DNA of 64,000 nt from Mobula birostris (GCF_030028105.1 NC_092372.1:200547898-200611897), one strand, 5' to 3'; positions 24,832-37,819 are shown, numbered from the stretch's first letter. Notes: generated by a model not told the origin, from the letters alone. Made by a program: numbers and translations.

Positions 24832-25945
24832 TGTCAGGAAGTGTACAGCAGATTTGACCCAAAAGGAGAGCAGTGGAGATTATTTAACATAGAAACAGAG
24901 AAAACCTACAGCACAATACAGGCCCTTTAGCCCACAAAGTTGTGCTGAACATGTCCCTACCTTTGAAATTACTAGGCTTACTCATAGCCCTCTATTTTCC
25001 TAATGTACCTATCCAAAAGTTTCTTAAAAGACCCTATCGTGTCCGCCTCCACCACCGTTGCTGGCAGCCCATTCCACACATTCACCACTCTGAGTTTAAA
25101 AAAAAACTTACCCCTGAAATCTCCTCTGTACCTACTCCCCAGCACCTTAAACCTGTGTCCTCTTGCGGCAACTATTTCAGCCCTGGGAAAGAGACTCTGA
25201 CTATCCACATGATCAATGCCTTTCATCATCTTATACACCTCTATCAGGTCACCTCTCATTGCCCCAAGGAGAAAAGGCCGAGTTCATTCAACCTATTCTC
25301 ACAAGGCATGCTCCCCAATCCAGGCAACATCCTTGTAAATCTCCTCTGCACCCTTTCTATGGCTTCCACATCCTTCCGGTAGTGAGGCGACTAGAACTGA
25401 GCACAGTAATTCAAGTGGGGTCTGACTAGGGTCCTATATAGCTGCAACGTTACCTCTCGGCTCCTAAATTCAATTCCACAGTTAATGAAGGGCAAAACAC
25501 CGTATGCCTTCTTAACCACAGAGTCAACCTGCACAGCTGCTTTGAGTGTCCTATGGACTTGGACCCCAAGATCCCTCTGATCCTCCACACTGCCAAGAGT
25601 CTTACCATTAATACTATATGATGGCAGAATATGATACTTGACCTACCAAAATGAACCACTTCACACTTCCCTAGGTTGAAGTGGAGAGCAATCACTTTAA
25701 TAATGAACTGTAAAATAACAAGGCACGTGGGACTATAAAACAAGAGAGAAAAGATGCTTAACGTGGCAGGGCACCAAGTTAACTGAAGGCTAGGGGCAAC
25801 TGGTTAAGGTTGGCTGCTTCATATAAGCAAACAAGAATTGTGGATGAGATCTGTGTTTAAGTAGGTGGTGAATTGGAAATGAATCGCAGGTGACTCCTGT
25901 TAGTTGGGTGGGGACGGGAAGGAGCCTGCATGTGCAGGACTGATA
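24832..25945 (-). repeat. 5' LTR of the Gypsy element, interrupted by a CR1
   Basis: tgtcagg at 24832; LTR homology resumes at 25688; ends ctgata before the TSD. Confidence 0.8.
24880..25679 (-). mobile_element. CR1 3' portion inserted in the 5' LTR
   Basis: 8-bp TSD agtggaga (24872-24879, 25680-25687); ORFs 24978-25259 (RGDLIEVYK) and 25391-25588. Confidence 0.92.
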
Positions 25946-25974
25946 TTTTGTTTCATTCACCTATGTAATATGAC

Positions 25975-26497
25975 TGTAGGTTGAACAAGTGAGGGATTTC
26001 TCTTTTGAGCCAAGGAGGATGAGAGGTGACTTGATAGCAGTGTTTAAGATGATAAGATGCATACATGGAATGGATAGCCAAAGACTTTTTCCCTGGATGG
26101 AAAAGGCCAATTCAAGAGGGCATGATTTTAAGATGATTGGTGGAAACTATAGGGGGAATGTCAGAGGTAATTTCTTAACACAGATAGTGGTGGGTGTGTG
26201 GAACTCCCTTCCAAGGATAGTAGCAGATTAAAATACACTAGCCTAGGCTTCCCAACCATTTTAATGCATGGGCACTGACCAATAACTGAGGGAACCGTGG
26301 ACCCCAGTTTGGGAGGTTGGGAAGCCCTGCATTAAGGGAATTTAAGAAACTCTTAGGTAGGCATATGGACGATAGAAAAATGGAGGAGTATGTAAGAGTA
26401 AAAGGTTAGATTGATGTCAAAGTAGATAAACTGGTCAGTGCTTCTCTGTGGGTCGAATGGCCAGTACTGTGTTATAATGCTTTATGCTCTATGTTCT
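25975..26497 (+). mobile_element. CR1 3' end
   Basis: ORF 25989-26231 (RRMRGDLIAVFKMI); tctatgttct tail. Confidence 0.85.
26243..26329. mobile_element. Short hAT-like MITE inserted in CR1
   Basis: Terminal inverted repeats ctaggcttcccaacc / ggttgggaagccctg (13 of 15 match). Confidence 0.6.
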
Positions 26498-27479
26498 GCT
26501 GTATGTACCAATGTGACTGACACATCGCTTCATAAGTAGTAAGATTGACATTGCCTTCTCTGCCAAGAAAAATTAAACCTCAGCTGTGTTAGATACCTCA
26601 AATGTAAGATAGAACTTATTCCATCAGAATATGTAATAGATGTTGAATTTGCTTTATTCTGGTGAATACACTTACAGGGAGCTTATGCAAGCCAGCCACC
26701 AGTGAAAACCAGTCCCAAAACTATATAAGGTATAGATGGAAGCAAACAATAGGCAGAGCAGACAGTTTAAATGGTCCAGCACAAATGAGATGGGCTGAAA
26801 GGCCTGTTTCTGTGCTGTATTTTTCTATGACCCCATGACAGGAAAATTTTACAAGACAAAATCAATAACAGAGGAAGTACATGGCATTGAACACCAAGGC
26901 TGAAAAATAATTTTCTGATCTTAGGCTCTTCTGTCCAGAAGGGATGATGAGAGAGGTCAGACACCAAATTCCTCGTGATTCAAAAGTAGAGTATTCAAGT
27001 CCCTTGTCCGGCTAAAGGAAACTTCGAGTTGCAGGGAAGAAGACTAAACATGAATCATTCGGTTCCAAATGAAGTGTCTGTTGTTTTGTAACTCAAGGTT
27101 TCTGTGCCTTTCCAATATGACATTTTCTATCTAAGCACCATCCCATGACTTTCACGTGTTAGGCTTTTGTCCTGGATCTTTCCAGTTTTCTCCCTCACTT
27201 TCCTTGTATTTGTTCTTTGAACCCTTTGATTATCAGTCATAATATCATGCAGCAATACATAACACATTATCTGATTATGATCATTTGAATTGGCTTAGGG
27301 CATTTTCCTATGCTACAAGAAATGTATCAGTGTAAGCTATCGCTTTCAATCCTCTGACAAATCAGTGTTAGACTGGTGACAGTCTGAAAGTCATTGTCAG
27401 CCCAATACTTGTCAGCCTCCACTTGGACAGTGCAGTCGACCCCTTTTAGATGAGATACAAATGCAGTAAGTATACCCAT

Positions 27480-27915
27480 GATGTACATAGGAGGAGCATT
27501 TGATGGCTTTGGGGCTGTACTTGCTGGAGTTTAGAGGAAGTTGGGAGGGGCATCTCATTGAAGCCTATCGTATATTGAAAGATCTAGTCGACTCCTAATG
27601 GGAGAGTCCAGGACCAGAGGACACAGCCTCAGGATAGAGAGGCGTCTTTTTAGAACAGAGGTGAGGAGGAATTTCTTTAGCCAGAGAGTGATGAATCTGT
27701 GGAATTCATTGCTCCACACAGCTGTGGAGGCCAAGTTATTGGGTATATTTCAAGTGGAGTTTGAAAGGTTTTTGTTTAGTAAGGGTGTCAAAGGTAATGG
27801 GGAGAAGGCAGGAGAATGGGTTTGAGAGGGATAATAAATTAGCCACGATAAAATGGTGGAGCAGACATGATGGGCCAAATGGCCTAATTCTGTTTGTATG
27901 TCTTATGGTCTTATG
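27480..27915 (+). mobile_element. CR1 3' end
   Basis: ORF 27598-27825 (SRTRGHSLRI...RRNFFSQRV); (tcttatg)n tail. Confidence 0.9.
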
Positions 27916-28009
27916 CACGCAAACCTCAAATATATACTTGAGGAACTAGAAGACAGGTTATGCGCAGCCAGGCCCACACATTTCTGCTGAGTTTAAGCCT
28001 GGACTACAA

Positions 28010-28338
28010 GAGCAGCATGGTAGCATAGTGATCAATGTAACACTTTACAGAGCAAGTGATCAGAAGGTCAGGGTTCAATTCCCACCGCAGTCTGTAAGGA
28101 TTTTGTATGATCTCACCGTGACCACATCTGGGTGTTCCGGTTCCCTCCATGTTCCAGAGTCGTACAGGTTGGTAAGGATTAGTAAGCTGTGGATATGTTA
28201 TGTTGGTGCCAGAAGCATGGCAACACTTGCTGACTGCCCCCAGCAAATCTTCAGACTTTGATCATTAATGCAAACGATACATTTCACTGTTTCCTTGTTT
28301 CCATGTACTTGTGATAAATGAAGCTAATTTTTATCTTT
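28010..28338 (+). mobile_element. tRNA-derived V-SINE-like element
   Basis: A-box-like tggtagcatagtg; B-box ggttcaattcc; V-domain-like gtaaggattttgtatgatctcaccgtgacc...gggtgttccggttccctcc; Rex-like tail. Confidence 0.75.
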
Positions 28339-28385
28339 AAAGGAGGCTCCAGTTGCAAACAGATTTCTGGGTCTTGTAAGATAAG

Positions 28386-28887
28386 CACTCAGTAGCCACT
28401 TTATTAGATAGAGTGGAACCCACTGTGGTCTTCTGCTGTAGCCCATCCACATCAAGACTTGACTTGCTGTGCTTTCAGAGATGCTCTTCTGAACATCATT
28501 GTTGTAACATGTGATTATTTGAGCATTGTCGCCTTCCTGTCGGTTTGAACCAGTCTGGCCATTCTCCTCTGATCTCTCTCATTAACAAGGCAATTTCAAC
28601 CAGAGAACTGCTGCTCACTGGATGTTTTTTTTTAAATGCACCATTCTCCGTAAACTCCAGAAACTTTTGTGTGTGAAAATCCCAAGAGATCAGCCATTTC
28701 TAAGATACTTGAACCACCCTGTCTGGCACCAACAAGTGTTCCTCCATCAAAGTCTGAACAGCAAGTGATCCTCTTCACCATGTCTGCATGCCTTTATGCA
28801 TTGAGTTGTTGCTACATGATTGGCTGATTGGATATTTGCATTAATGGACAGATATACAGCTGTACCTAATAAATTGACCACTGAGTG
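28386..28887. mobile_element. Non-autonomous Tc1/mariner element
   Basis: TIRs cactcagtagccactttattag / ctaataaattgaccactgagtg; TA at the right flank (28888-28889). Confidence 0.85.
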
Positions 28888-29934
28888 TATTTTCCCGGCA
28901 TCAGAATCCATCAAAAATCTACTACACATTCCAAGCTTAATTCAGAAATAACCATTACCATATGTCCCACTACAGCTTGGCAATGAGCTTCAAGCTTTGC
29001 TTTTTTAAAAAAAATCAGACTATTTGCTTACAGATACCTTTTGTTTAAATCTAAAAATTTTAAAGAAAGGTGATCATCTTGAAATCTAGATTCTGTTTCT
29101 TCACAGAGGGCGACTGATCCACCAGCATTCTCTGTTGCAAATTCTGATTGCAAAGGCTCATGTTCGAGAACATCAGTCAACCCTTTAGTGACAGAGCAAT
29201 GGCTTGATAAGAATTGTTTCATTAAGACAAGTATTGGCAAAGATTCAAGTTGAGTTGGCAAGCATGCTTTCAATCAATACAATAGATGGCCCTTTAATCA
29301 TAAATAACAATCTATTTTCGTGAACCCTTTGGTTTAAGTAGTTTCTTGTTAGTTTGCATAGTTATTTTTCCATGTACTTTAGGTAGCAGCAACTGCTGGT
29401 AAGCTTTCTGAAGTAGCTTAAACTTGTTTTACTGTGCAGAGAGATTGATAAAGAAATCAAACCTGTTCTAGCTGTTGGAGGAGTGTTCTGTGCAGTAAAA
29501 AAAAATACTTGAATCGTGTAGGCTTTTGAACACTGAGGCTAACACACACCTTTGCAAAAAGTGTGTGAGCTCTTGCATCTTCACTAAAAGCCACCTGCGT
29601 ATTCTTCACCTCTGTTGATTTCTTCTCCTCTCATCCTCATTTCACTGGAAGAGTATTTCCTTGCATGGGAACTTCAACAATATGAGGGCCAATTACGTAC
29701 TTTAGGATGAAGAGCAGTGCAGCTTCCAAACACAATATACTGTGCATGAATTAGCAAAGCTGGTTTATTTATCAGTACCATTCAAGACATAATAGAAGAG
29801 AATCAAAATTTTGCATTGCAACCTAACATTATTTCACTTGAAATAATGGCTTAATTATGGTGCATACCTCTGTCAAAAGGTCACGGCTCAGGGATTGTTT
29901 CAAGGATGTGAGCACACACATCCAGAAAGGCACT

Positions 29935-30770
29935 TTTTCAAAATGGTGGCACACCAAGTAGCAGTGGCCTCTCCGATTCCAACTAATGATGTAATTGTTT
30001 GCCCTTTATGTCTGTCTTACGATTGCAGAACTCTGCTGGGTATTAAGGACACCAAGTACTGCAAGTCTTCCTCATTGGTGAGTTGTTGGATAGCTAATGA
30101 GCTGAACAGCATGGGCTTAGTGTGTATTGTGTAGTCACCTGCTACAGCCACCCGGGGAAGATGGTGCCAGAAGCAGTGTGAAATGCAGCACAAGCGTGAA
30201 TAGTGTGCTGGTATTCATGCAAGATGAAAGGTGAAAACCTGAAGGACAACTCTCCCGTCGATTCTAATTTCAAACATTCAATCAATAGAAAATAAAGTAG
30301 ATCACCCACGTCCGAGACTGAATCAGCATGAAATGAAGGATTGCTGCGTGCTCATCCTGACGGAAACATGGCTCCGGGATACCACCCCTGAAGTGGCTTT
30401 TCATCCAGAGGGTTTCATCTCTCTTTGGGCTGACAGAATCCCCGTGACCACTTGCAAGACCTGCAGCGTCTTGTTAATAAGAACTGGTGTGTGAACACTT
30501 CAGTAGTGATGACTCACTGTTCACCTCTGGTAGACTCCTTAACAATGAACTGTATTTACTTCTATTTACCAAGGGAGTTCCCTGCTATTGTGATGTGTCA
30601 TAAGTGCCCCTAGTTACTTAATTAATTTGTGGTAATATTATTTTAAGTGTTTTGTGTGTGAGTTTTATGAACTGTATTGCACACTGAAGTCTGAAGCGAT
30701 GTTGTTTTCTTTGGCGATATACATGTGTATGGTTGAATGACAATAAACTGAAATTTAACTTGAACTTATT
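29935..30770 (+). mobile_element. Internally deleted Rex-type LINE (5' endonuclease piece plus 3' tail)
   Basis: EMKDCCVLILTETWLRDTTP motif at about 30330-30390; aataaa and ttgaactt tail at about 30743-30767. Confidence 0.65.
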
Positions 30771-30884
30771 ACTTTCAAAGGGTAGATAGTAAAGATCCCT
30801 TGATGTTGTTCTGAAAAAGAGCATATTGATGCAATTACATAAAGGGCACCCCAGCGGCTATATTTCATTCGGAGTTTGAGACTT

Positions 30885-33745
30885 AATATGTCACTAAAGG
30901 CTCCAGTAAATTTCTACAGATGTACTGCGGAGAGCATTCTAACTGGTTGCATCATCATCATCATCTGGTATGAAGGGGCCACTGTGCCAGAAAAGCAATA
31001 AATTTCATAACATATGTCAGTGATAATAAACCTGATTCTAATTCCGATCTGATTCTGGTTCTGAAGGGCAGAATTACTTTTGGTTCCTCAGCAAATCTTT
31101 GTTCTTCAGTCAACAGTTCCAAAGAGAATCAGAATCAGGTTTATTATCACAGGCACGTGATGTGAAATTTGTTAACTTAGTAGCAGCAGTTCAATGCAAT
31201 CCATAACATAGAAGAGAAGAAACATATATCAATTACAGTATATGTATATTGAATAGATTTTTAAAAATTCCAATAAACAGAAATACTGTATATTAAAAAG
31301 AGGTAGTGTCCAAGGGTTCAATGTCGATTTAGGAATCGCATGGCAGAGGGGAAGAAGCTGTTCCTGAATCTGTATCTCCTACCTGATGGTAACAGTGAGA
31401 AAAGGACATGCCCCGGGTGCTAGAGGTCCTTAATAATGGATGCTGCCTTTCTGAGACACCACTCCCTGAAAATTTCTTGGGTACTTTGTTATTTTTTTCT
31501 AGGAACTTGCTGTGACCATATTGGTTGTTATATTTCCCACATCACAACTGTGACTGCAAGTCATAAGTTCTCTGATGTTCACTGACCACCAGCACTGGTA
31601 CACCTCAAGGCTGTGTGCTTAGCCCCCTCTCCTCCTCTCTTTACACCCATGACACTGTCGATTAAGCACAGCTCCAAAGCCATCTACAAATTTTCCAATC
31701 TGTTGTTGGACAAATCATGGGGGGGTGACGAGTCTGTGTACAGAAATGAGATGGAACATCAGGTAGCATAGAACCACTAAAAACCTGCATATCAACAAAA
31801 CCAAAAAGGAAATCATTGACTTCAGAAAGGGAATGCATGGAGAGCACATGCCATTTCTATTAGTATGTCACCAACAAATTTCTACAAATCTAACATGGAG
31901 AGCATTCTAACTGGTAGCATCACTGTCTGGTATGGAGGGGCCAATGAACAGGATCAGATAAAGCTGCAGGGGGTTGTAGACTCGGGCATCTCCATCATGG
32001 GCACTAGCCTCTCCATCAAGGAGATCTTCAAAAGGTGATGCCTCAGACTTTTGGCATCCATTATTAAGGGTCCCCACTACCTAGGACATGCACTCTTCTC
32101 ATTGCTAACATCAGAGAAGAGGTACATGAGCCTGAAGTTACATACTCGATATTTTAGAAACAGCTTCTTCCCCTCTGCAATCAGATTTCTGAAGGGACAT
32201 TGAACGCATGAACACTATCTCACTATTTTTGCTCTTTTTGCATTGCTAATTTCATATTTAAATATATCTTTATTATCATTTATGTATTTTATGTATTGCA
32301 CTGTACTACTACCATAGAACAACAAATTTCATGACATATGTCAGTGTAAAGAAATCTGATTCTGATTGTCTTAGGTGAGTTAGAGACAGAGTTTGCAACT
32401 TGAAATCCATTGAGTGGCCTGTCCTGGGCTCAGTACACATCAGTGCAAACATGAAGAAGCTGCACCAGTACCTCTACTTTCTGAGGAATTTAAAATTTGT
32501 CATGTCTCCAAACACTCTAACAAATTTCTACAGATGCAGTATTGAAAGTATCCTGACTTTTTTAAATCATGGCCTGGTACAGCAATTCCAACACACAGGA
32601 AGACCAGAGGCTACAGAGAGTAGTAGACACAGCCCAGTCCATCACAGGCACATCCGTCCCCATTAGTAACAGCATCTACAGGAAATGCAGTAATTCAAGA
32701 AGCAAGCATCTGTCTTCAGGGATCCCACAATCCATGTTATGTCCTCTTCTCAAAGCTATCATCAGGTAGGAAGTACAGAAGCCTAAAGTCCCACAAGGCC
32801 AGGTTCAGGAACAGTTACTTTCCTCCAAACATCAGGTTCTTGAATCAACCTGCACAACATGAAAATACTACTTCAGCAACAGAACCCCATGGACCTGCCT
32901 CTGCTGGAGTTCAAAGTAACTTTTTCATCAAGATATAGATGTCATCATACACTTATACCTTGAGATTTGTTTTCTTGCAGGCATTTACAGGAAAATAAAG
33001 AGAACTGTAGAATTTATGAAATACTATATTAAAGACTGACAAACTGTGCAAAAGAAGATATATCGTACAAATTATAATAAAAATAAATTCAGTAAGAATC
33101 CTGAGTTGTCAAGTATTTGAAAGTGAATCTGTAGGTTGTGGAGTCAGTTCAGCATTGTAGTGAGTGAAATTATCCACACTGGTTGGGGAGATTGGTTGTA
33201 GGTAATAACTGTTTCAGAACATTGTTGTGTGGGACCTAAGGTTTCTGAATCTCCTGCCCATTGACAATAGAGAATGGCCTGCATAATGGGGGGTCCTTGA
33301 TAATAGATGCTGCTTTCTTATGGCAGCACTACTTATAAAGCTGCTCAGTGATGGGGAGGAATTTGACTATGATGGATTAGGCAGTATCCACCACTTTTTG
33401 TAGGCTTTTCTGTTCCTGGGCGTTGATGTTTCCCTAACAGGTCATGATGCAAGCAATCAGGACACTCCCCATCGCACAACTATGGAAGGTTTCTTCAAAG
33501 TTTTAGATGACATGTGGAAACAATGCAAACTATAAGAAAGCTGCGGCTCCGGTGTGCCTTTGTGGTGGTACGTATGTTTTATGCAGATGTCTTGTTTTCC
33601 ATAGACTTTTTTCTCTCTTCACTTTTTTGTATAACTTATGTGTAATTTCTATCTGGTTTGTTGTCTTAATGCCTATAATGTCAGTGCACACTTTTCATTG
33701 TATCTATATCACCTGGGCGCATGACAATAAAATCACTTGACTTGA
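30885..33745. mobile_element. Cluster of Rex-type LINE 3' fragments (+30885-31063, -31125-31490, +31560-32366, +32420-32900/33540-33745, nested -32908-33535)
   Basis: Repeated NFYRC.ESILT motifs, SFFPSAIRFL ends and (ctgatt)n/(agaatc)n tails. Confidence 0.75.
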
Positions 33746-34047
33746 TTTCCCTCAAGGCGATTTACATATTGTTTCACTTCCTTTGTTCTCTTTGCAAACA
33801 TCTTGCTTTGGTTCATTCTCCCTTTGGTATGGTCATAGATAAAACCGTGAACAAATTTGAAACTAGTGTTTATTGAATGAAGTGTGGGAATAAGGCTGTG
33901 TTCAGATAATTGAATGGTGTGATTTGACGAAAATTCCGTATGCCCTCACTAGGTTTATTTTAGAGCAGCTTGTGGTTGGGCCCACTAGGGATAAGGCAAT
34001 TCTGGCTTAGGTCTTGTATAATGAACAAGATTTGTTTAGAGAGATTA

Positions 34048-34184
34048 GTTCTCCGTGGATTGTCACCTTGTCACGGTGGAGAAGCTTGTGTGGTCCTGGC
34101 ATCCCGAGAGCAATGCCGTCTGGAGCTATGCTCCTGGTAGGGTCACCCATGGTCGAGGGTGAGATCCCTGACAAAGAACAATCC
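34048..34184 (+). ncRNA. Candidate HDV-like ribozyme fold at the element 5' end
   Basis: P1 (G)UUCUCC/GGAGAA(G); P2 GGAUUGU/ACAAUCC; P3 ACC/GGU; L3 UUGUCAC; J4/2 ACAAA. Manual fold only. Confidence 0.45.
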
Positions 34185-34448
34185 AACCAAGACCTCAACT
34201 GTGGAACAGGCGGATGAAGTTACTTCGTACTTAACGGCTGTGAAGGCGGATGAAGGCTGCAACAAATCCATCTGCTCCAATCCTCGTGGTTTCCATGCCA
34301 TTGGAATCAGTTGGTTGATTTTTGAAGTATAGTGTGCTTCTTGGAGTTCAACATCAAGTACACGTTAAACAAATACGCGCACAGGCATCTTCGCTCTGTA
34401 CAAAACAAAGACCATCATCCGCGACCTCGAGGGATAGCCACGACGACA
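34048..34448 (+). mobile_element. Non-autonomous RTE-derived element (RTE-like 5' UTR plus short 3' tail), 401 bp
   Basis: 10-bp TSD agagagatta (34038-34047, 34449-34458); 5' end caccttgtcacggtggagaagcttg resembles Expander/BovB 5' UTRs (recalled, not aligned); (cga)n tail; no ORF. Confidence 0.8.
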
Positions 34449-37400
34449 AGAGAGATTAAGATAAAGGAACCTTTAAGGGTGTATAATATAGAATTCAGTT
34501 TGAGAAGGGGAAGCCAAAGTCAGACATATCAGTATTACAGTAGAGTAAAGGGAATTGCAGCGGCATGAGAGAGGGGCTGGCCAAAGTTGATTAGAAAGGG
34601 AAACTAGCAGGGATGATAGCAGAACAGCAATGGCTGGATGTTCTGTGACCAATTCCGAAGAATCAGGATAGATACATTCCAAAGAAGATTTTAAAGGGAG
34701 GATGAGGCAACTGTGGCTGAAAAAATAAAGTCAAAGACAATATGAAATTAGAAGAGAGGCATCTAACACAGCAAAAATTAATAGGAAGTTAAAGGATTGG
34801 GAAGCTTTTAAAAACCAACAGAAGGAAACCAAAATAGCAATAAAGTGAGAAAAGATAAAATAGAGTAAGCTAGCAAAATAAAATAAAAGTGATACAAAAA
34901 GCTTATTTTCAGATAGGTGAAGAGTCGAATAGAAGTTGGAGTAGATATCGGACTGCTGAAAAATTAAACTGGAAATGTAGTGATGTGTGTGTCAAAGAAA
35001 TGGCAGATGAACTTAATGAGTATTTTGTGTCAATTTCACTGTAGAAGACAGCAGTAGTATGCCAGAAATTGGAGCGTGTCTGGAGACAGAATTGAGTGTA
35101 GTTGCTATTATGAAGGAAAAGGTGCTTAGGAGTCTGAAAGGTCTGAAGGTAGATAAGTCACCTGGCCCAGATGATCCCAGGGTTCTGAAAGAGGTAACTA
35201 ATAACATTAGTAATGAACTTTCAAGAATCACTATATTTTAGAATGTACTAGAAAATTGCAAATAACATTCCACTCTTTAAGAAGGGAGGGAGGTAAAAGA
35301 AGGTAATTTATAATCCAGTTAGTCTGACCAGTGGTTGGGAAGATGTTGGCGTCCATTATTAAGGATGAGGCTTTGGGGTTCTTGGAGGCACGTGATAAAA
35401 TAGGCCAAAGTCAGTATGGTTTCCTTAAGAGGAGATCTTGCCTGATAGATCTGTTGGAATTCCTTGAGAAAATAACAGGCAGGATAAACAAAGGAGAGTC
35501 AGTGGATGTTACTTACCTGGATTTTCAGACGGCCATTGACAAGGTACCACACATGAGGCTGCTAATGAGATAAGAAGTCATGAAATTACAGGAAAATACT
35601 AGCATGGATAGAAGGATGGCTGACTGGCAGGAGGCAAAGACGAGGAATAAAAGGGTCCTTTTCTCGTTGAATGATGTTGACTAGAGGCGTTCTGCAGAGG
35701 TCAGTGTTGGACTGCTTCTTTTCACCTTGTGTGTCAATGAATTGAAAGCTTTGTGGTCAGTTTTGCAGATGATACAATGACAGGTAGAGGGACAGGAGTG
35801 TTGAAGAAGCTAGGAGTCTGCAAATGGACTTAGATTAGGAGAATGGACAAAGTGGCAGATGGAATATAATGTAGGGAAGTGCATGTTTTTATACTACAGA
35901 AGAAGGAATAAAAGCTATTTTCTAAATATGGAAAAAGTTCAGAATTCAGAGATGGTAAGGGAGTAGGATTCCTGAATGACTTGCAGGTTGAGTTGGTGAA
36001 AACATAAGGAAATGCAATGTTAACATTCAATTTGCGATGACTAGAATATAAAAGCAAGGATGTAATGCTGAGGCTTTATAAAGCATTGTTCCAACTGCAT
36101 TTGGAGTATTGTGAACAGTTTTGGGCTCTTTATCTAAGAAAAGATGTGCTGGCATTGCAGAGGGTCTGGAGGAGGCTCATAAGAATCATTCCAGGAATGA
36201 AAGGGTCAATGTATGAGGAGCATTTGATGGCTCTGTGTCTGTGGTTGTTGGATTTCAGTAGAATGAAGGTAGCTCTCATTGAAACCTATCAAATATTGTA
36301 AGGCCGAGACAGAGAGTGGATAGGGAGAGAACATTTTCTATAGTGGGGGCATCTCAGCTTTAAAATAGAGTGACATCCCTTTAGAACAGAGATGTGGAGG
36401 AATTTCTTTAGCCAGAGGGTGGTAAGTCTGTAGAATTCATTTCCATAGATGACTGTGGAGCCCAAGTCATTGGGTGTTTTTAAAGATGTTGATAGGTTCT
36501 TATTAGCAAAGGTGTCAAAGATTGCAGGGAAAAGGCAGGAGAATGAGGTTGAGTGGGATAACAATTCAGACATGATGGAATGGTGGAGCTAAATGGACTA
36601 ACTCTACTCCCATGCCTTATGGTTTTATGGCCTCACTGATATTCCTCTTTGAACTAACAGCAACAAACAAAATCAAATTAATCAATTATATTTATGTTGT
36701 GTAAACATGCCTGGCCGTGTAACAGTAATTGCACATCATATGTAATCCAATCTTTACAAAGCAAGCTGAAATGTCTCAGTGACCAAGGTAGGTCCCATAA
36801 AAATGTAAGTTCTTTGTTCTTGTTTGACTGGAATTAATAATTATGATAGTCTGGTCATCTAGTTAAAGGTCAGAATTAAATTCTAGCTTTAAATTGGGGA
36901 ATGAAGCACTAACATGATTTTATTAGCTAATTCAAACATTGATCAATGTCATATCAAAATTCTAGTTTCACTTCTCTTTCAAACAAGAATATCATTTATT
37001 TGCCAATGAAGAAAATTCAGGACCTCAGATACTTATAATGTGGTGGTTTTGAAATAATTAACTGAGTTTCAGTGTGGTTTAAGGTTGAAATATGGTATTT
37101 ATGCATTTAACAAAAAGGTACATTTTATCAAACTCAAATCCTTTTGGTTCTAATTTTGAGTCATCATCCAAATGATTTCAGTCTGCCCAGACCATTTTGG
37201 AGAGTTTCATTGTAATTAATGAAATCACCCTGCTGACAGCAGTAGTAATCTGTCCACACTATGCTATGTGTTGATGAATATCCAAGTGTTATAGCTACAA
37301 ATGACTCTTCAAAGTTATTTAATTATATTCTCTAAATGCACTTAGAATGCTTTCAGTGTGATGTGTTTTTTGACTTGCCTTAAACTCAACCATTTAATGA

Positions 37401-37819
37401 AAATTAATTCACAGTGGCCTTAATGTGAACACAGAGTTTTAACTTGTCAGATATAATGCATAATCTATCAGCTCAGTTCAGCCCACATCAATACAACCTA
37501 GCAAGGAGATTAGCCTGTAAGAAAGCTTATAAAATAAACAAGCTACTTTGCTTTTCCCCTAGAATTTGAGCACGTAAAGGTTTCCTGGAGATTGGAGGAT
37601 GTTAGATGTAATCCCAGTAGTTTAGCCTGACATCAGTAGCAGAAAATGCAAGAATCCATTCATAGAGTATTTTTTAAAAAATGTGATATTTAGGACAATA
37701 TTAACTTGCCCAAGTTCAGATATGTACATATTTTAGCTTGCCTTGGTTCATCCACGTAGATGCTATAGCTCAGAAACCACACCAGCATGTACCTCAGAAG
37801 GCGAAGGAAATTTAACATT

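Larger units (their letters stand above)
19963..25945 (-). mobile_element. Full-length decayed Ty3/Gypsy chromovirus (Sushi-like) LTR retrotransposon
   Basis: Two homologous LTRs; 5-bp TSD ttttg (19958-19962, 25946-25950); PPT at about 20268-20286; gag (NFLSQCVMHF, SVLDYTMEFRT), protease (ALMDSSAAG), RT ([20 protein letters not shown]), RNase H, integrase (VNLSSGHHPQKNGQLE) and chromodomain (EGYGPGESTWV) in minus-strand order. Confidence 0.92.
33950..36632 (+). mobile_element. CR1 ORF2 remnant (endonuclease end to 3' tail)
   Basis: ORFs 35059-35241 (KVDKSPGPDD), 35331-35573 (YLDFQTAIDKVPH) and 36065-36301; ttatgg tail. Confidence 0.9.

Noticed and set aside
28010-28090. tRNA gene (also 55660-55727)
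   Set aside because: A/B boxes only, no complete cloverleaf; these are SINE heads.
29100-29113. CTCF-like cagagggcg
   Set aside because: Only the 3' half of the motif matches.
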